64,000 nt of DNA from Candidatus Poribacteria bacterium. Its GTDB lineage: Bacteria; Poribacteria; WGA-4E; WGA-3G. The notes beneath the pieces were generated by a model. That model searched no databases and had not been told where the DNA came from. It saw only the letters and a list, made by a program, of their open reading frames with translations. Positions 36,952 through 46,864 of this stretch are shown here, one piece after another (within the stretch, counting starts at the first letter, position 1; the number at the start of each line of letters is the position of its first letter). Made by a program: the position numbers and the translations under genes. The stretch spans positions 3,136,001 through 3,200,000 of the forward strand of contig OZ242029.1 of NCBI GenBank assembly GCA_965205015.1. The letters run 5' to 3'.

Positions 36952-39487
36952 GTGCTATGCGCTCCCACATAGATACGATGTTTTCGTTTAATTGAAACTC
37001 TATGAAAGCAGGACTCGTCTGCTTAATCCATTCCCCTCTCAGATAGGTCGGTGAACGAGACAAGTCGCTTTTCTCACCCGATAGGAGTTTTACAAGTCTG
37101 CGACCCGGTTTCCCCTGCCGTTCAATAAACTGTAGTTCCTCAAAGATAGAGAGTCCAGTGTGAAGTGCTGACGGGGTCCCAAATCCGCCTTTTAGGATTT
37201 CTGCTTCAGGGTAACCCTCTGTGCCATTGGATTGTATAACCGCTCGTATGTGTCCATACAAGCGCCGCAATTCGTCACCTGTCGGATATTTTTCGGAAAC
37301 CCAATTGTGCATCTCCGCTTCATCTGTATTGTTATAGATGAGATGCAGATAGGAGGTTTCGGCAGTCGCGAAAGCGGGGTCACACCGTTTAAAAAAGAGG
37401 TCTTGGTTCGATGCGAGGTGACAAAAGGCGATGTGTTTAACAAAAGGAAATGCTTGCAGACGAGAAAAAGTACGACTCGATGCGATTGTCCGCAGTTCAC
37501 CGGTTTCCAATTGTTTCAATAACGCCGTTTCCTCTGTTTCTGATGTCGCTTCAGTGTGCCGCGCGATTCCGTCGATGCTCTCCGGTAAAAGTTTTGTAAG
37601 CAGGAGATCTAACATCTCTTCGTCTCGTACATAAATTATACAAGATTCCTCTCGCGCAAGCAAGTTTAAAAGATAATTCTTTTTATTAACGTTCCGTTTG
37701 TCAACAAGTTTTACAGCAGATTCATCACTGAGTTTCGGAAATACATTCCAGTTCGTGTCTCTGCCTTCGGTGTGGACCTCCCAATCTTCAAGAATCAGTT
37801 GGACGGAACGGGTGCCTTGCCACTCATTGATTTGGGGTGAAAAGGCGATATTGAGCGACATGTTGGGACGTCTGAAAGTGATAAGTTTGTCCCCTGCTCC
37901 CCAGTCAATCGCGCATCGTTTGACCGTGTGATCGCTAACAAACATTCGCAGATGGTTTTTCTCTTTTCCGATTTGGGTCGGCACCCCATTTACTTTAACA
38001 CGGCGTGTACCGAAATGCGGTTTCGGATTATCCTTTCCGAAGGGTTCAAATTGTTCGAGTTCCTTTAGGGTCTCTAACGTTAGAAGTGAGAGACGCGTTT
38101 CAAACTCAAGTTCAAGTTTCGGTTGCAATGCTTCTTCTGTGAGATGTTCACAAGCGTATTCGTTGAAAGCCTTCCTGAATTTGGAAATATTTTTCTTTTT
38201 CAGTGTTAACCCCGCCGCTGCTGCGTGTCCACCGTGTTTTACAAGCAATTCGGTGCAGGCAACAAAACTATCAGCAAGGTTCATTCCGTCGATACACCGT
38301 CCAGATCCAGTGGCTTCATCGCCGTTAATGGCGAGGACAACGGTGGGCTTGTAGAAGGTTTCCTTCAGACGGGCGGCAACGATACCGACTACCCCTTGTG
38401 CCTTTTCTTTCCATTTGTCACTGGCAACAACAATTCCGAGAGTATCCTCATCTATCTCTTTTTCAATGATTTCCAATGCTTCGTCTTGAATCTGCTTTCC
38501 GAGTTCTTGTCGCTTCTGATTTGCTTGGTTGAGTTCAGAGGCGATCCGAGTTGCGACATCCTCGGCATCGGTGGTGAGGAGTTCAACCACTTTGCCTGCG
38601 GTATCGATGCGTCCAGCGGCATTGATCCGGGGTCCCAACTTAAAAGAGATTGCTTGTCCGTCAAGCGGTGTGTCAATTTGATGACCCGCTGCTTCGCACA
38701 AGGCATGAACCCCTGGTCGTTCGCGTTTGTCGAGTTCTGCTAATCCCAAGCGGCTCAAAATGCGATTCTCCCCGGTCAGCGATGCAATATCTGCGACGGT
38801 CCCCAATGCGACCAGATCAAGGAGTGACTCCAGAAACGCCGTATCGTCTGTTAACCCTTGTGCCACTTTGAAGGCTAAACCGACACCCGCGAGTTCGGTG
38901 TAAGGGTATTCGTTCCCCGGGATCTTCGGTGAGATCAGGGCGTATGCGGGTGGCTGTTCCGTCTCTGGCTGGTGGTGGTCGGTGACGATAACATCGATAC
39001 CGAGTTGGTTCGCCAACGCGACCTCTTTCACCGAAGTGATGCCACAGTCGACCGTAATTAGTAACTTTGCCTTGGTTTTCTGATGAATCTTCTCTACGGT
39101 AGCTTCGCTAAGTCCGTAACCGTCTCCAAACCGATTCGGGATATAGTAGTCAACGGGGACATCCATCTGGCGGAACGTATTGAGGAGCAGTGCAGTCGCG
39201 GTTGTACCATCGACATCGTAATCGCCATAGACACAGATTTTCTCACCGCGAGCGATCGCTTGGTGTATCCGTTCTACGGCTTTGTCCATATCTGCTAACT
39301 TAAAGGGGGAGTGCAGTTCATCAAGCGTTGGGTAGAGGTAGGATCGTGCTTCGGTGGCTGTTTTTATGCCTCGATTGACGAGCAGTTGTGCAGCGAACGG
39401 GGAGATCCCTATTTCGGATGCCAATGTTAGGCTGCTATCAAAATCTGAATTTTTGAATCGCCACTTTTTGCGAGGGGGTTTTTTCAT
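36911..39487 (-). CDS. recJ: Single-stranded DNA-specific exonuclease RecJ with C-terminal extension
   Basis: YGDYDVDG, TVDCG, TDHH, LGTVAD, PRINAAGR, GGHAAAAG, EPFG..NP. Confidence 0.95.
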   Translation of the reverse strand: MKKPPRKKWRFKNSDFDSSLTLASEIGISPFAAQLLVNRGIKTATEARSYLYPTLDELHSPFKLADMDKAVERIHQAIARGEKICVYGDYDVDGTTATALLLNTFRQMDVPVDYYIPNRFGDGYGLSEATVEKIHQKTKAKLLITVDCGITSVKEVALANQLGIDVIVTDHHQPETEQPPAYALISPKIPGNEYPYTELAGVGLAFKVAQGLTDDTAFLESLLDLVALGTVADIASLTGENRILSRLGLAELDKRERPGVHALCEAAGHQIDTPLDGQAISFKLGPRINAAGRIDTAGKVVELLTTDAEDVATRIASELNQANQKRQELGKQIQDEALEIIEKEIDEDTLGIVVASDKWKEKAQGVVGIVAARLKETFYKPTVVLAINGDEATGSGRCIDGMNLADSFVACTELLVKHGGHAAAAGLTLKKKNISKFRKAFNEYACEHLTEEALQPKLELEFETRLSLLTLETLKELEQFEPFGKDNPKPHFGTRRVKVNGVPTQIGKEKNHLRMFVSDHTVKRCAIDWGAGDKLITFRRPNMSLNIAFSPQINEWQGTRSVQLILEDWEVHTEGRDTNWNVFPKLSDESAVKLVDKRNVNKKNYLLNLLAREESCIIYVRDEEMLDLLLTKLLPESIDGIARHTEATSETEETALLKQLETGELRTIASSRTFSRLQAFPFVKHIAFCHLASNQDLFFKRCDPAFATAETSYLHLIYNNTDEAEMHNWVSEKYPTGDELRRLYGHIRAVIQSNGTEGYPEAEILKGGFGTPSALHTGLSIFEELQFIERQGKPGRRLVKLLSGEKSDLSRSPTYLRGEWIKQTSPAFIEFQLNENIVSMWERIAHEYQILSEPNSSL

Positions 39488-39669
39488 GACACGCCTTCTA
39501 TTCCTGTTAAGATGGAAGACCTGCACTTTGCAATACAGGGGCTTGCGAACGATACTTTTTCAACTATGGATATGGTACCATAAAAATTTGGAATTGTCAA
39601 TTTTTTCTATACTGAAATCGCTGCCAGTTGTTGCTGAAAACTGGGGGTTTCTGCGGTTGTAAATATAAC

Positions 39670-39698
39670 TTGACAAAATTAATTACATGTGGTATTAT
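39670..39698 (+). promoter_or_regulatory. Sigma70-like promoter of ferredoxin
   Basis: TTGACA-17-TATTAT with TGn extended -10. Confidence 0.7.
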
Positions 39699-39866
39699 TA
39701 TAGTGTCCTGATCGCAACTCAGCAGACAATATACAAAATGCCACATACGACGATACTTTTGTAACGCCTTCATCAAATAGGGACTAACCTCGTCCGTTCA
39801 ATGAAGTTACCCCACGTGTGATATGGAGGCTCTTATTGTAAATCAAGCCGAAAGGAGTTTTCTGAT

Positions 39867-40124
39867 ATGACGTATGTGATTTGTGAACCGTGTATCGACG
39901 TTAAAGACAGTGCATGCGTTGATGTATGCCCAGTAGACTGCATTCATCCGCTACCGGATGCCGACGAGTTTGAGGAAACGAATCAGCTCTACATCGACCC
40001 GGAAGAATGCATCGATTGTGGTGTATGCGAACCCGAGTGTCCCGTCGAAGCCATCTTTATGGAGGAAGATGTTCCCGAAGAATGGGAAGAGTTCATTGAT
40101 ATCAATGCGGAGTACTTTGAATAA
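39867..40124 (+). CDS. Dicluster (7Fe/8Fe, FdxA-type) ferredoxin
   Basis: CIDVKD.ACVDVCPVDCI...IDPEECIDCGVCEPECPVEAI. Confidence 0.95.
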   Translation: MTYVICEPCIDVKDSACVDVCPVDCIHPLPDADEFEETNQLYIDPEECIDCGVCEPECPVEAIFMEEDVPEEWEEFIDINAEYFE

Positions 40125-40161
40125 CGGATAGTAGGAATAATCCTTCAATCACAACGCGTTG

Positions 40162-40218
40162 AACGGTTGTTGATCTGTGCGACACGCTTCAGTCCCACGA
40201 TCAGCAGCCGTTTTTTTT
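40162..40218 (+). terminator. Intrinsic terminator after ferredoxin
   Basis: AACGGTTGTTGATC...GATCAGCAGCCGTT stem followed by a T run. Confidence 0.65.
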
Positions 40219-40251
40219 CTAAATGGAAAGCATCTTTTTTGAGAAGGCATC

Positions 40252-40569
40252 ATGCAAAAATTCCAACCGACTCGCATTGAAAGAGGCAGTACAAGTTTAG
40301 AAATCCAATGGAAAGATTCACATCACAGTGAGTTGTCCTACCGCTTCCTCCGACAAAAATGTCCATGTGCCCGTTGCGAGGCAACACGTTCCGGAAAAGA
40401 TCCTTTTCGCATTCTACCCTCTGATGATTTTTTTGAAAACCTACGGCTTGTGGACATTCAACGCGTCGGACGCTATGCCGTGAGATTGATATGGAACGAT
40501 GGACACCGCACCGGAATTTATACGTTCCAATTTTTGCGTGAGTTGCGTGAAAACACACCTGAAACTTAG
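40252..40569 (+). CDS. DUF971 (GBBH-like N-terminal) protein
   Basis: LEIQWKD.H.S....FLRQKCPCARC ... VGRYAV.L.WNDGH.TGIYTF..LR. Confidence 0.92.
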   Translation: MQKFQPTRIERGSTSLEIQWKDSHHSELSYRFLRQKCPCARCEATRSGKDPFRILPSDDFFENLRLVDIQRVGRYAVRLIWNDGHRTGIYTFQFLRELRENTPET

Positions 40570-40655
40570 GTTTCATTTGCGGCGTGTTGTGAATTTAAAA
40601 AAAGAGGTGAGGTCCAACCTCGCTAACGAGAGAACCCTAAGAGCTCTGTTTTGCG

Positions 40656-41225
40656 TCATTCTGATAATAATCGCGAGACGAGATAGCAGTTGGGGGTCTT
40701 CTGGGTAGCTCCCAGCTCTGTGCTAAGATTCTGACACACTTTCCAATAGCGATCGTAACTGAGTGGACGGAAGCGGCGACGTTTTCCAATGAAGGTTTTG
40801 TGACAACAGGCTAATTCATTGCTGCTATGAATCGGATATCCCCAGACACGACAGATGACGGGACGGTGTTCGTAAACACTACAGACCCCACCGATTAACA
40901 TGGGACATTCACCTTCAGGTGTGCCTTTTATGGCGCCAATGGCTTCCATGCCAGCATCGGGCATTATATTTTGAGCATCATAGCCGTGCGCCTTCAATTT
41001 TCTGATGCTCTGTTCCGCTTTTCGGCGAATGTGTGAACGGATTTCAGCAGGAAGTGCTTCCAATCCGACCTTTAAGTCGCGAGCCTCGACCTCACTTATC
41101 GCCATAGTTGCGGTGTTTTGACAGCAGGAAAAGCAGGTAGATGGGCAGGGCACACCCCCCGATTCTTCACGCAAACGTTCGATGTCGCGCTGAATCTCAT
41201 CAAGGAGTTCATGGTATGCTTTCAT
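40656..41225 (-). CDS. YkgJ family (CxxxCxxCC) putative Fe-S cluster protein
   Basis: CPSTCFSCC ... CPML.GG.CSVYEHRPVICR. Confidence 0.9.
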   Translation of the reverse strand: MKAYHELLDEIQRDIERLREESGGVPCPSTCFSCCQNTATMAISEVEARDLKVGLEALPAEIRSHIRRKAEQSIRKLKAHGYDAQNIMPDAGMEAIGAIKGTPEGECPMLIGGVCSVYEHRPVICRVWGYPIHSSNELACCHKTFIGKRRRFRPLSYDRYWKVCQNLSTELGATQKTPNCYLVSRLLSE

Positions 41226-41233
41226 TGTAGCAC

Positions 41234-42196
41234 CTAATCTATCGTAAAACTATACACAGCATGCCTAAAAATAACAACTTTGGCACCGTTAGCTAAAATG
41301 AGCTTAATCTCATAAGGACTGACCCAATCTATACTGCCCCGAAAGACCTCTCCCTCACGGAGTGTAATCTCAATTGACGTTCCATTTTTTCGGGCGAGTC
41401 GAGCCGCTTTGGTATCAAGTTCAGGGGCTTGAACGTCAGCGGTGAGTTGTGTCAATTCCTGTGCCTTCACGGCAGCATCGATCTCAACGGATGCCTGAAC
41501 CCTCTCTGCATCAATGTCTTTATAGCAGTATTTAACATCCGTTTTGGCGATGTGCTGTTCGCGCCCGTTGCTATTGAGGGTCAAACTGGAGAGCGTCATT
41601 TCAAGGACAGTAGCGGGCAGTTGTACATGATTATACAACGCAAAAAACATGGATGTTTCAAAATTAATCTGTTTAAGGATATAGAGATCACCAAAGCTGA
41701 GTTGCTTTGAAGCGGAGTCCTGCGTCTCTTGTGTTGGTACTGCCGAAGCGTTAAGATCCGTCGTCAAAGCACGTTGATTGCGGGGTGGTTTTGCTGCCGG
41801 TCTCAGCGGTGCTACGGATGCATCATGGTCTCGGCGATTCCGATTCGGCTTTGGTTTGTCGGCATCATGATCAGACACAGCCCCCGTCTCATCACTGATA
41901 AATTGGCCCTGTCCCTGCCCTGGAAACCCGGCGTAACCGCGCGGAATAATTGCCTTCCCTTGCCGTAGCCATCGGCGTTCCGTCGGTGTCAACAAGACTT
42001 CGACATTTTGGGCAACGAGCCCCTTTTCACCTTCAACAATGCTGTACTTTACGCGCTGTCCGACACGGAGTTCCTCGTATTCGGGTTGCTTAATAGCAGA
42101 ACTATGTAAAAAGACATCCGCGTCACTGCTATCTTGCGCGATGAATCCGAAGCCTTTATCGAAATTGTAGTACTTAATCCGTCCTGTAGGCATCAT
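41234..42196 (-). CDS. Cold-shock domain protein with C-terminal Hfq/Sm-like domain(s)
   Basis: N-terminal GRIKYYNFDKGFGFI....DVFLH CSD. The C-terminal IEITLREGEVFRGSI...VVIFRHAV resembles Hfq Sm1/Sm2 (YKHAI). Confidence 0.8.
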   Translation of the reverse strand: MMPTGRIKYYNFDKGFGFIAQDSSDADVFLHSSAIKQPEYEELRVGQRVKYSIVEGEKGLVAQNVEVLLTPTERRWLRQGKAIIPRGYAGFPGQGQGQFISDETGAVSDHDADKPKPNRNRRDHDASVAPLRPAAKPPRNQRALTTDLNASAVPTQETQDSASKQLSFGDLYILKQINFETSMFFALYNHVQLPATVLEMTLSSLTLNSNGREQHIAKTDVKYCYKDIDAERVQASVEIDAAVKAQELTQLTADVQAPELDTKAARLARKNGTSIEITLREGEVFRGSIDWVSPYEIKLILANGAKVVIFRHAVYSFTID

Positions 42197-42475
42197 ATGC
42201 TCCTGTGGTCTGGTCCCTTTTCAGGAAGAGGACGTTAACCCTTCGCGTTCCTATGCGAGCATTCCTTATTTACGGTTTTTCTTGACACAACATCTCTATC
42301 CTGTATACAATAGAACGGGTCTCATCTTTTTTCGAAACCAATTCCATCCGACAACAGTGAGAAGAGAGATAGATTGCCAAGGTATTTGTATATTAAATCA
42401 TAATTCGACACATTTGTCAAGTATCAACTATGCGGCTACGGATAGTCTGCTCGCAGCCTTTAAAGGAGACCTTGT

Positions 42476-43765
42476 ATGGAAACCACCGATCTGACCCATC
42501 ACATTCAATCTATTCGCCTTGTTGATACACACGAACACATGAGGCGTGAAGCAGAATGGGTTGAAAACGGACCTGATATCCTCCAAGACCTATTCGGAAA
42601 TTATGTGCCTGCCGACCTGGTAACAGCCGGTGCCTCCCCAGAAGCGATGCACAACCTGATGGACGCTTCTCAGGGCATCGCATCACGGTTTGAAGGGATT
42701 CGAGACGCGTGGGAAGCGACACAGTTTACTGGGTATGGCGAGGCAGTCAGCCTCATCGCAAAACACATCTATGGACTTGACGAACTAACAGGCGATGGGC
42801 TTGCCGGTACCGATTCTCTAAAGACGCTTCGCGCGCCCGGCAAACGTTATCACATTTTACACGACATCGCGAACCTTGACCATATTCAAACGGATGATTT
42901 CAGTTGGCAATGTACCCCGGACACATCCGGTCCCGATTTTTTCCTTTATGATCTCTCATGGGCAACATTCTGTAACGGACAGGTTGATCCGAGTGCTATC
43001 CATGCAGAGACGGGTATTGCGGTCAACGACCTTGCGACCCTCAAAACGGCTATGGCAGCGATTTTCGCCAAGCACGCCCCTTGTGCTATCGCTGTAAAAT
43101 CGCAACACGCTTATAATCGAACGCTCGATTGGATTGAAAGGAGCGATGCTGAGGCGTCTACTGCGCTCAATGCTGTGCTCACAAAACCGGCTGCAGCAGT
43201 TGATGAAGCCACGAGGCTCTGTCTTGGCGATTGGTGTTGGGCGCGAGGCGTTGAACTCACGATTGAACACAATCTCCCTTTCAAGATTCACACCGGTTAT
43301 TATGCGGGCAACGATCGGATGCCGGTGCGACGCATCCCTGCTGGCAACATGTGTGCGCTCTTCGCTCGTTATCTTGACGCGAAGTTTGTATTGATGCACA
43401 TCGCATACCCTTATAACGACGAGTTGGTCGCACTTGCCAAGCATTATCGTAATATTTGGGTTGACTTCTGCTGGGCGTGGAGCATCGATCCGTATAGTTC
43501 GCGTGATTTCCTCCGTCGGTGCATCCATGCGGTCCCGTCAAATAAATTGTTCGCCTTCGGCGGCGATACAGGGTGGCCCACGAGTGCGATGGCGTATGCG
43601 ATTCAAGCGCGAAACGAAATTCGACGCGCCCTTGAAGCCGAGATTGCGGACGGTTACCTCACTGAAAAACAGGCAATGGCGTTCGCGACCCGAATTATGA
43701 ATACGAACCAGTATGACTGTTTCGATATAAGCGGTACGCGCTCGAACATCGCGAAAGCGGCCTGA
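42476..43765 (+). CDS. Amidohydrolase family protein (glucuronate-isomerase-like)
   Basis: VDTHEH, KIHTG, FVLMH, FGGD metal-binding motifs. Confidence 0.85.
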   Translation: METTDLTHHIQSIRLVDTHEHMRREAEWVENGPDILQDLFGNYVPADLVTAGASPEAMHNLMDASQGIASRFEGIRDAWEATQFTGYGEAVSLIAKHIYGLDELTGDGLAGTDSLKTLRAPGKRYHILHDIANLDHIQTDDFSWQCTPDTSGPDFFLYDLSWATFCNGQVDPSAIHAETGIAVNDLATLKTAMAAIFAKHAPCAIAVKSQHAYNRTLDWIERSDAEASTALNAVLTKPAAAVDEATRLCLGDWCWARGVELTIEHNLPFKIHTGYYAGNDRMPVRRIPAGNMCALFARYLDAKFVLMHIAYPYNDELVALAKHYRNIWVDFCWAWSIDPYSSRDFLRRCIHAVPSNKLFAFGGDTGWPTSAMAYAIQARNEIRRALEAEIADGYLTEKQAMAFATRIMNTNQYDCFDISGTRSNIAKAA

Positions 43766-43774
43766 CCTGAAGAT

Positions 43775-44821
43775 TTACGCTGATGCGTCTCTTAAAGCCT
43801 TCAAATTCTCCGTATAAGGGGCACGCGCCACGCCTTTCTCAGTAATAATCGCTGTGACTAACGCCGCGGGCGTGACATCAAACGCGGGACTATAGACCTT
43901 GACCCCTTCGGGGGCAGTCAGTTTCCCGAAGCCTTCTGTCACCTCTTCCGCCGCCCGTTGCTCAATCGGGATTTCTGCTCCGGTTTCCAGGGCAAAGTCT
44001 AAGGTTGACGTCGGTGCAGCGACGTAAAAGGGGATGCCGTGTGCCTCGGCGAGGATAGCGACATTATAGGTGCCGATCTTGTTCGCAGTGTCGCCGTTTG
44101 CGGCGATCCGGTCGGCACCGACAATGACACATTGGATTTTGCCCTCTTTCATGACCTGCGCCGCCATGTTATCACAGATGAGCGTTACATCAATGCCCGC
44201 TTGCATGAGTTCCCAAGTGGTGAGACGTGCGCCTTGTAAAAGGGGCCGCGTCTCATCAGCGTAAACTTGGATATTCTTACCAGCCTCGTGTGCACTGAAC
44301 ATAACAGCTAACGCTGTTCCGTAGTCGGATGTTGCTAATCCACCAGCGTTGCAATGCGTCAGAATCGTGTCGTTTTCCTTGAGCAACGCCATACCGTGCT
44401 GTCCAATGGCACGGCACATCGCTTTATCCTCATCGATAATCTCCAAAGCCTCAGCAAGCAACACCTCTTTGAGTTTAGGGATCTGAAGATGGCGGTTCTC
44501 TTGCGCTGTTCGGGTCATTCTATCGAGTGCCCAAAACAGATTAACGGCTGTGGGTCGCGAGGTCGCCAAATAATCGGTAGCGGATTTAAGTTCTGCGGCA
44601 AAAGCGTCGTAGGTTTTCGCAGTGGAATCCCATATTCCGAGCACAGCCCCCAAAGCCCCGGCGATACCGATCGCGGGGGCACCACGTACACGCAAGGATT
44701 TGATGGCTTCCCAGACCGATGGGAGATCATCGCAATAGATCTGCTTGAATTCGTTGGGTAACAGCGTCTGGTCAATCATCCGAATTCTGCCATCTACCCA
44801 CTCAATTGTTGAAACTGCCAT
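43775..44821 (-). CDS. mtnA: S-methyl-5-thioribose-1-phosphate isomerase
   Basis: IDQTLLP, VRGAPAIG, RPTAVNL, LTHCNAG.LAT, ETRPLLQGARLT.WEL, ANKIGTY. Confidence 0.96.
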   Translation of the reverse strand: MAVSTIEWVDGRIRMIDQTLLPNEFKQIYCDDLPSVWEAIKSLRVRGAPAIGIAGALGAVLGIWDSTAKTYDAFAAELKSATDYLATSRPTAVNLFWALDRMTRTAQENRHLQIPKLKEVLLAEALEIIDEDKAMCRAIGQHGMALLKENDTILTHCNAGGLATSDYGTALAVMFSAHEAGKNIQVYADETRPLLQGARLTTWELMQAGIDVTLICDNMAAQVMKEGKIQCVIVGADRIAANGDTANKIGTYNVAILAEAHGIPFYVAAPTSTLDFALETGAEIPIEQRAAEEVTEGFGKLTAPEGVKVYSPAFDVTPAALVTAIITEKGVARAPYTENLKALRDASA

Positions 44822-45071
44822 TTTATGATGCAGGAACCTCCTCTAAAAAAACGAAGCACATCCCGAAGTAAATAGACTAAAGACTAAAACCGGCGTTTAT
44901 AAAGATAATAGCATTTTCTATGTCACAGTGCAATCAAAATCTACCAGTGATTTATGTGATTTCCTGTGATTTATGTGATTTACCACTCATCCGGGTAATG
45001 CTTCAATCCGTTAAACCGTAGTTCAGACGTTATTCACTGAAAACCGAAATTCGGACTCACGTTAATGTTCC

Positions 45072-46709
45072 TTAAATTGGACATGTCAGGTGTCCAAGTT
45101 CGTTGGTTAGGCGTAAGTTTTCGGCATAATCAACGGGGCAATCAATTACTGAAGGAACTTTCTGACTGAACGCGTCTTCAAGTATAGGCACCAATTCGTC
45201 ACTGCTTTCGACTCTATAGCCTTTGGCACCGAAGGCTTCGGCATATTTGACGAAATCGGGGTTTGTGAAGTCGATGTGGGCAGGTCTACCAAACCCGTTC
45301 ATCTGCTTCCACTCGATAAGCCCGTAAGCCTCGTCATTGAAGATAAGCGTGACGAAGGGTACCCCGAGGCGCGTCGCTGTTTCAAGTTCCTGGGAGTTCA
45401 TCAGGAAGCCGCCGTCACCACAGATTGCTAAACATTTACGTTCTGGATGGATAAGTTTAGCAACAAAAGCCCCGGGTAGTGCTATGCCCATAGCGGCGAA
45501 ACCGTTGGAGATGATGCACGTATTCGGTTGGTAACATGGATACATCCGTGCGATCCACATTTTGTGGGCACCGACGTCGGAAATAAGGATGTCGTCTTCA
45601 GCGAGGACGGAGCGGACATCACTCAAGATTTTTTGAGGCTTTATGGGAAACCCAGCGTCATCGCGGTGTTCGTCGAGTTGATCGAGTATAATTTTTCGCA
45701 GGGTATTTGAGGCATATTCCGAATCTTTAGGATAGATTTCTTGTGCCATCAGGTGTCTGAGGCTCTGCCGGATGTTGCCTACCATCTCGACATCAGTGAC
45801 GTAAGCGGCATCGCTTTCGCTCGGTTCTGTATCAATATGAATGAGTTTCTTGTTCCGATCAGGGTTCCAGAGACGCGGATGGTATTCGACGATATCGTAA
45901 CCGATTGCAATGACGAGGTCTGCCCTATCAAATCCACAGGAGACGAAATCATTTGCCTGTAATCCGACACTCAGGAGAGAGAGTCGATGCGTCCAAGGGA
46001 TGCTACCTTTGCCCATAAAGGTGTGTGCAACGGGAATATTCGTCATTTCGGCGAATTGGGTTAGAATCCGGGAGGCACCTTGACGGACAACGCCATTTCC
46101 TGCGAGGATGATCGGTTGCTTAGCGTCGTTAATAAGTTGCGCGGCACGTAGCAAACAGGAGGCGATGGGTTCTGCTTCGCTGGGAAAGTCATGCGGCATA
46201 GGTTCCGCGTTGACTTCCATTTTGGCGACATCTTCTGGAAAATCGATGTGTGTAGCTCCAGGTTTTTCTCCGGTCGCTGTTTTAAAAGCTTTACTTATCG
46301 ATTCGGGTATGATTTCCGGGAGGTGGAGGAGTGTATTCCATTTGGTCATCGGTTTGAAGACGGAAACGACATCCATATATTGATGAGATTCTTTGTGCAT
46401 TCTGTCTAAACTTGCTTGTCCGGTGATCGCGACGAGGGGTGCCCTATCCATATTCGCATCAGCAACCCCTGTGACGAGGTTCATCGCTCCGGGACCTAAA
46501 GTTGCGAGACAGACGCCGGCGCGTCCGGTGAGACGACCGTAGACATCCGCCATGAAGGCGGCACCGCGTTCATCGCGTGTTTGAATAAATTGGATGTTGG
46601 ATTCCAGCAGTGCGTCCATCAAATCCAGATTTTCTTCACCCGGTATTCCAAATATATAATCAACCTTTTCGTTTTCCAGACATTTAACGATCAATTCTGA
46701 GGCTTTCAT
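45072..46709 (-). CDS. Acetolactate synthase large subunit family (ThDP-dependent)
   Basis: IFGIPGEEN, ATLGPGAMN, GDGGFLMNSQELET ThDP-binding motif. No small-subunit gene adjacent. Confidence 0.9.
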   Translation of the reverse strand: MKASELIVKCLENEKVDYIFGIPGEENLDLMDALLESNIQFIQTRDERGAAFMADVYGRLTGRAGVCLATLGPGAMNLVTGVADANMDRAPLVAITGQASLDRMHKESHQYMDVVSVFKPMTKWNTLLHLPEIIPESISKAFKTATGEKPGATHIDFPEDVAKMEVNAEPMPHDFPSEAEPIASCLLRAAQLINDAKQPIILAGNGVVRQGASRILTQFAEMTNIPVAHTFMGKGSIPWTHRLSLLSVGLQANDFVSCGFDRADLVIAIGYDIVEYHPRLWNPDRNKKLIHIDTEPSESDAAYVTDVEMVGNIRQSLRHLMAQEIYPKDSEYASNTLRKIILDQLDEHRDDAGFPIKPQKILSDVRSVLAEDDILISDVGAHKMWIARMYPCYQPNTCIISNGFAAMGIALPGAFVAKLIHPERKCLAICGDGGFLMNSQELETATRLGVPFVTLIFNDEAYGLIEWKQMNGFGRPAHIDFTNPDFVKYAEAFGAKGYRVESSDELVPILEDAFSQKVPSVIDCPVDYAENLRLTNELGHLTCPI

Positions 46710-46864
46710 AATTTACATTTCCTTATTTGTTGAAGTGGACGAAAAATTTGTTTTTTCGCTCTGAATCACCTATCATTAATATATCAGATAGAGAGAGAAA
46801 ATTGCAATTTTAAGAGAAAGTATTAAATACACAAAGTATTTTGTCCAGCGATAGAGAAAAAATT

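Noticed and set aside
44874-44982. Short tandem GTGATTT (x4) and AGACTAA (x2) repeats, and heptamer runs at 7078-7123 and 57233-57308
   Set aside because: Real low-complexity repeats, but too short to support a call as operator or iteron.
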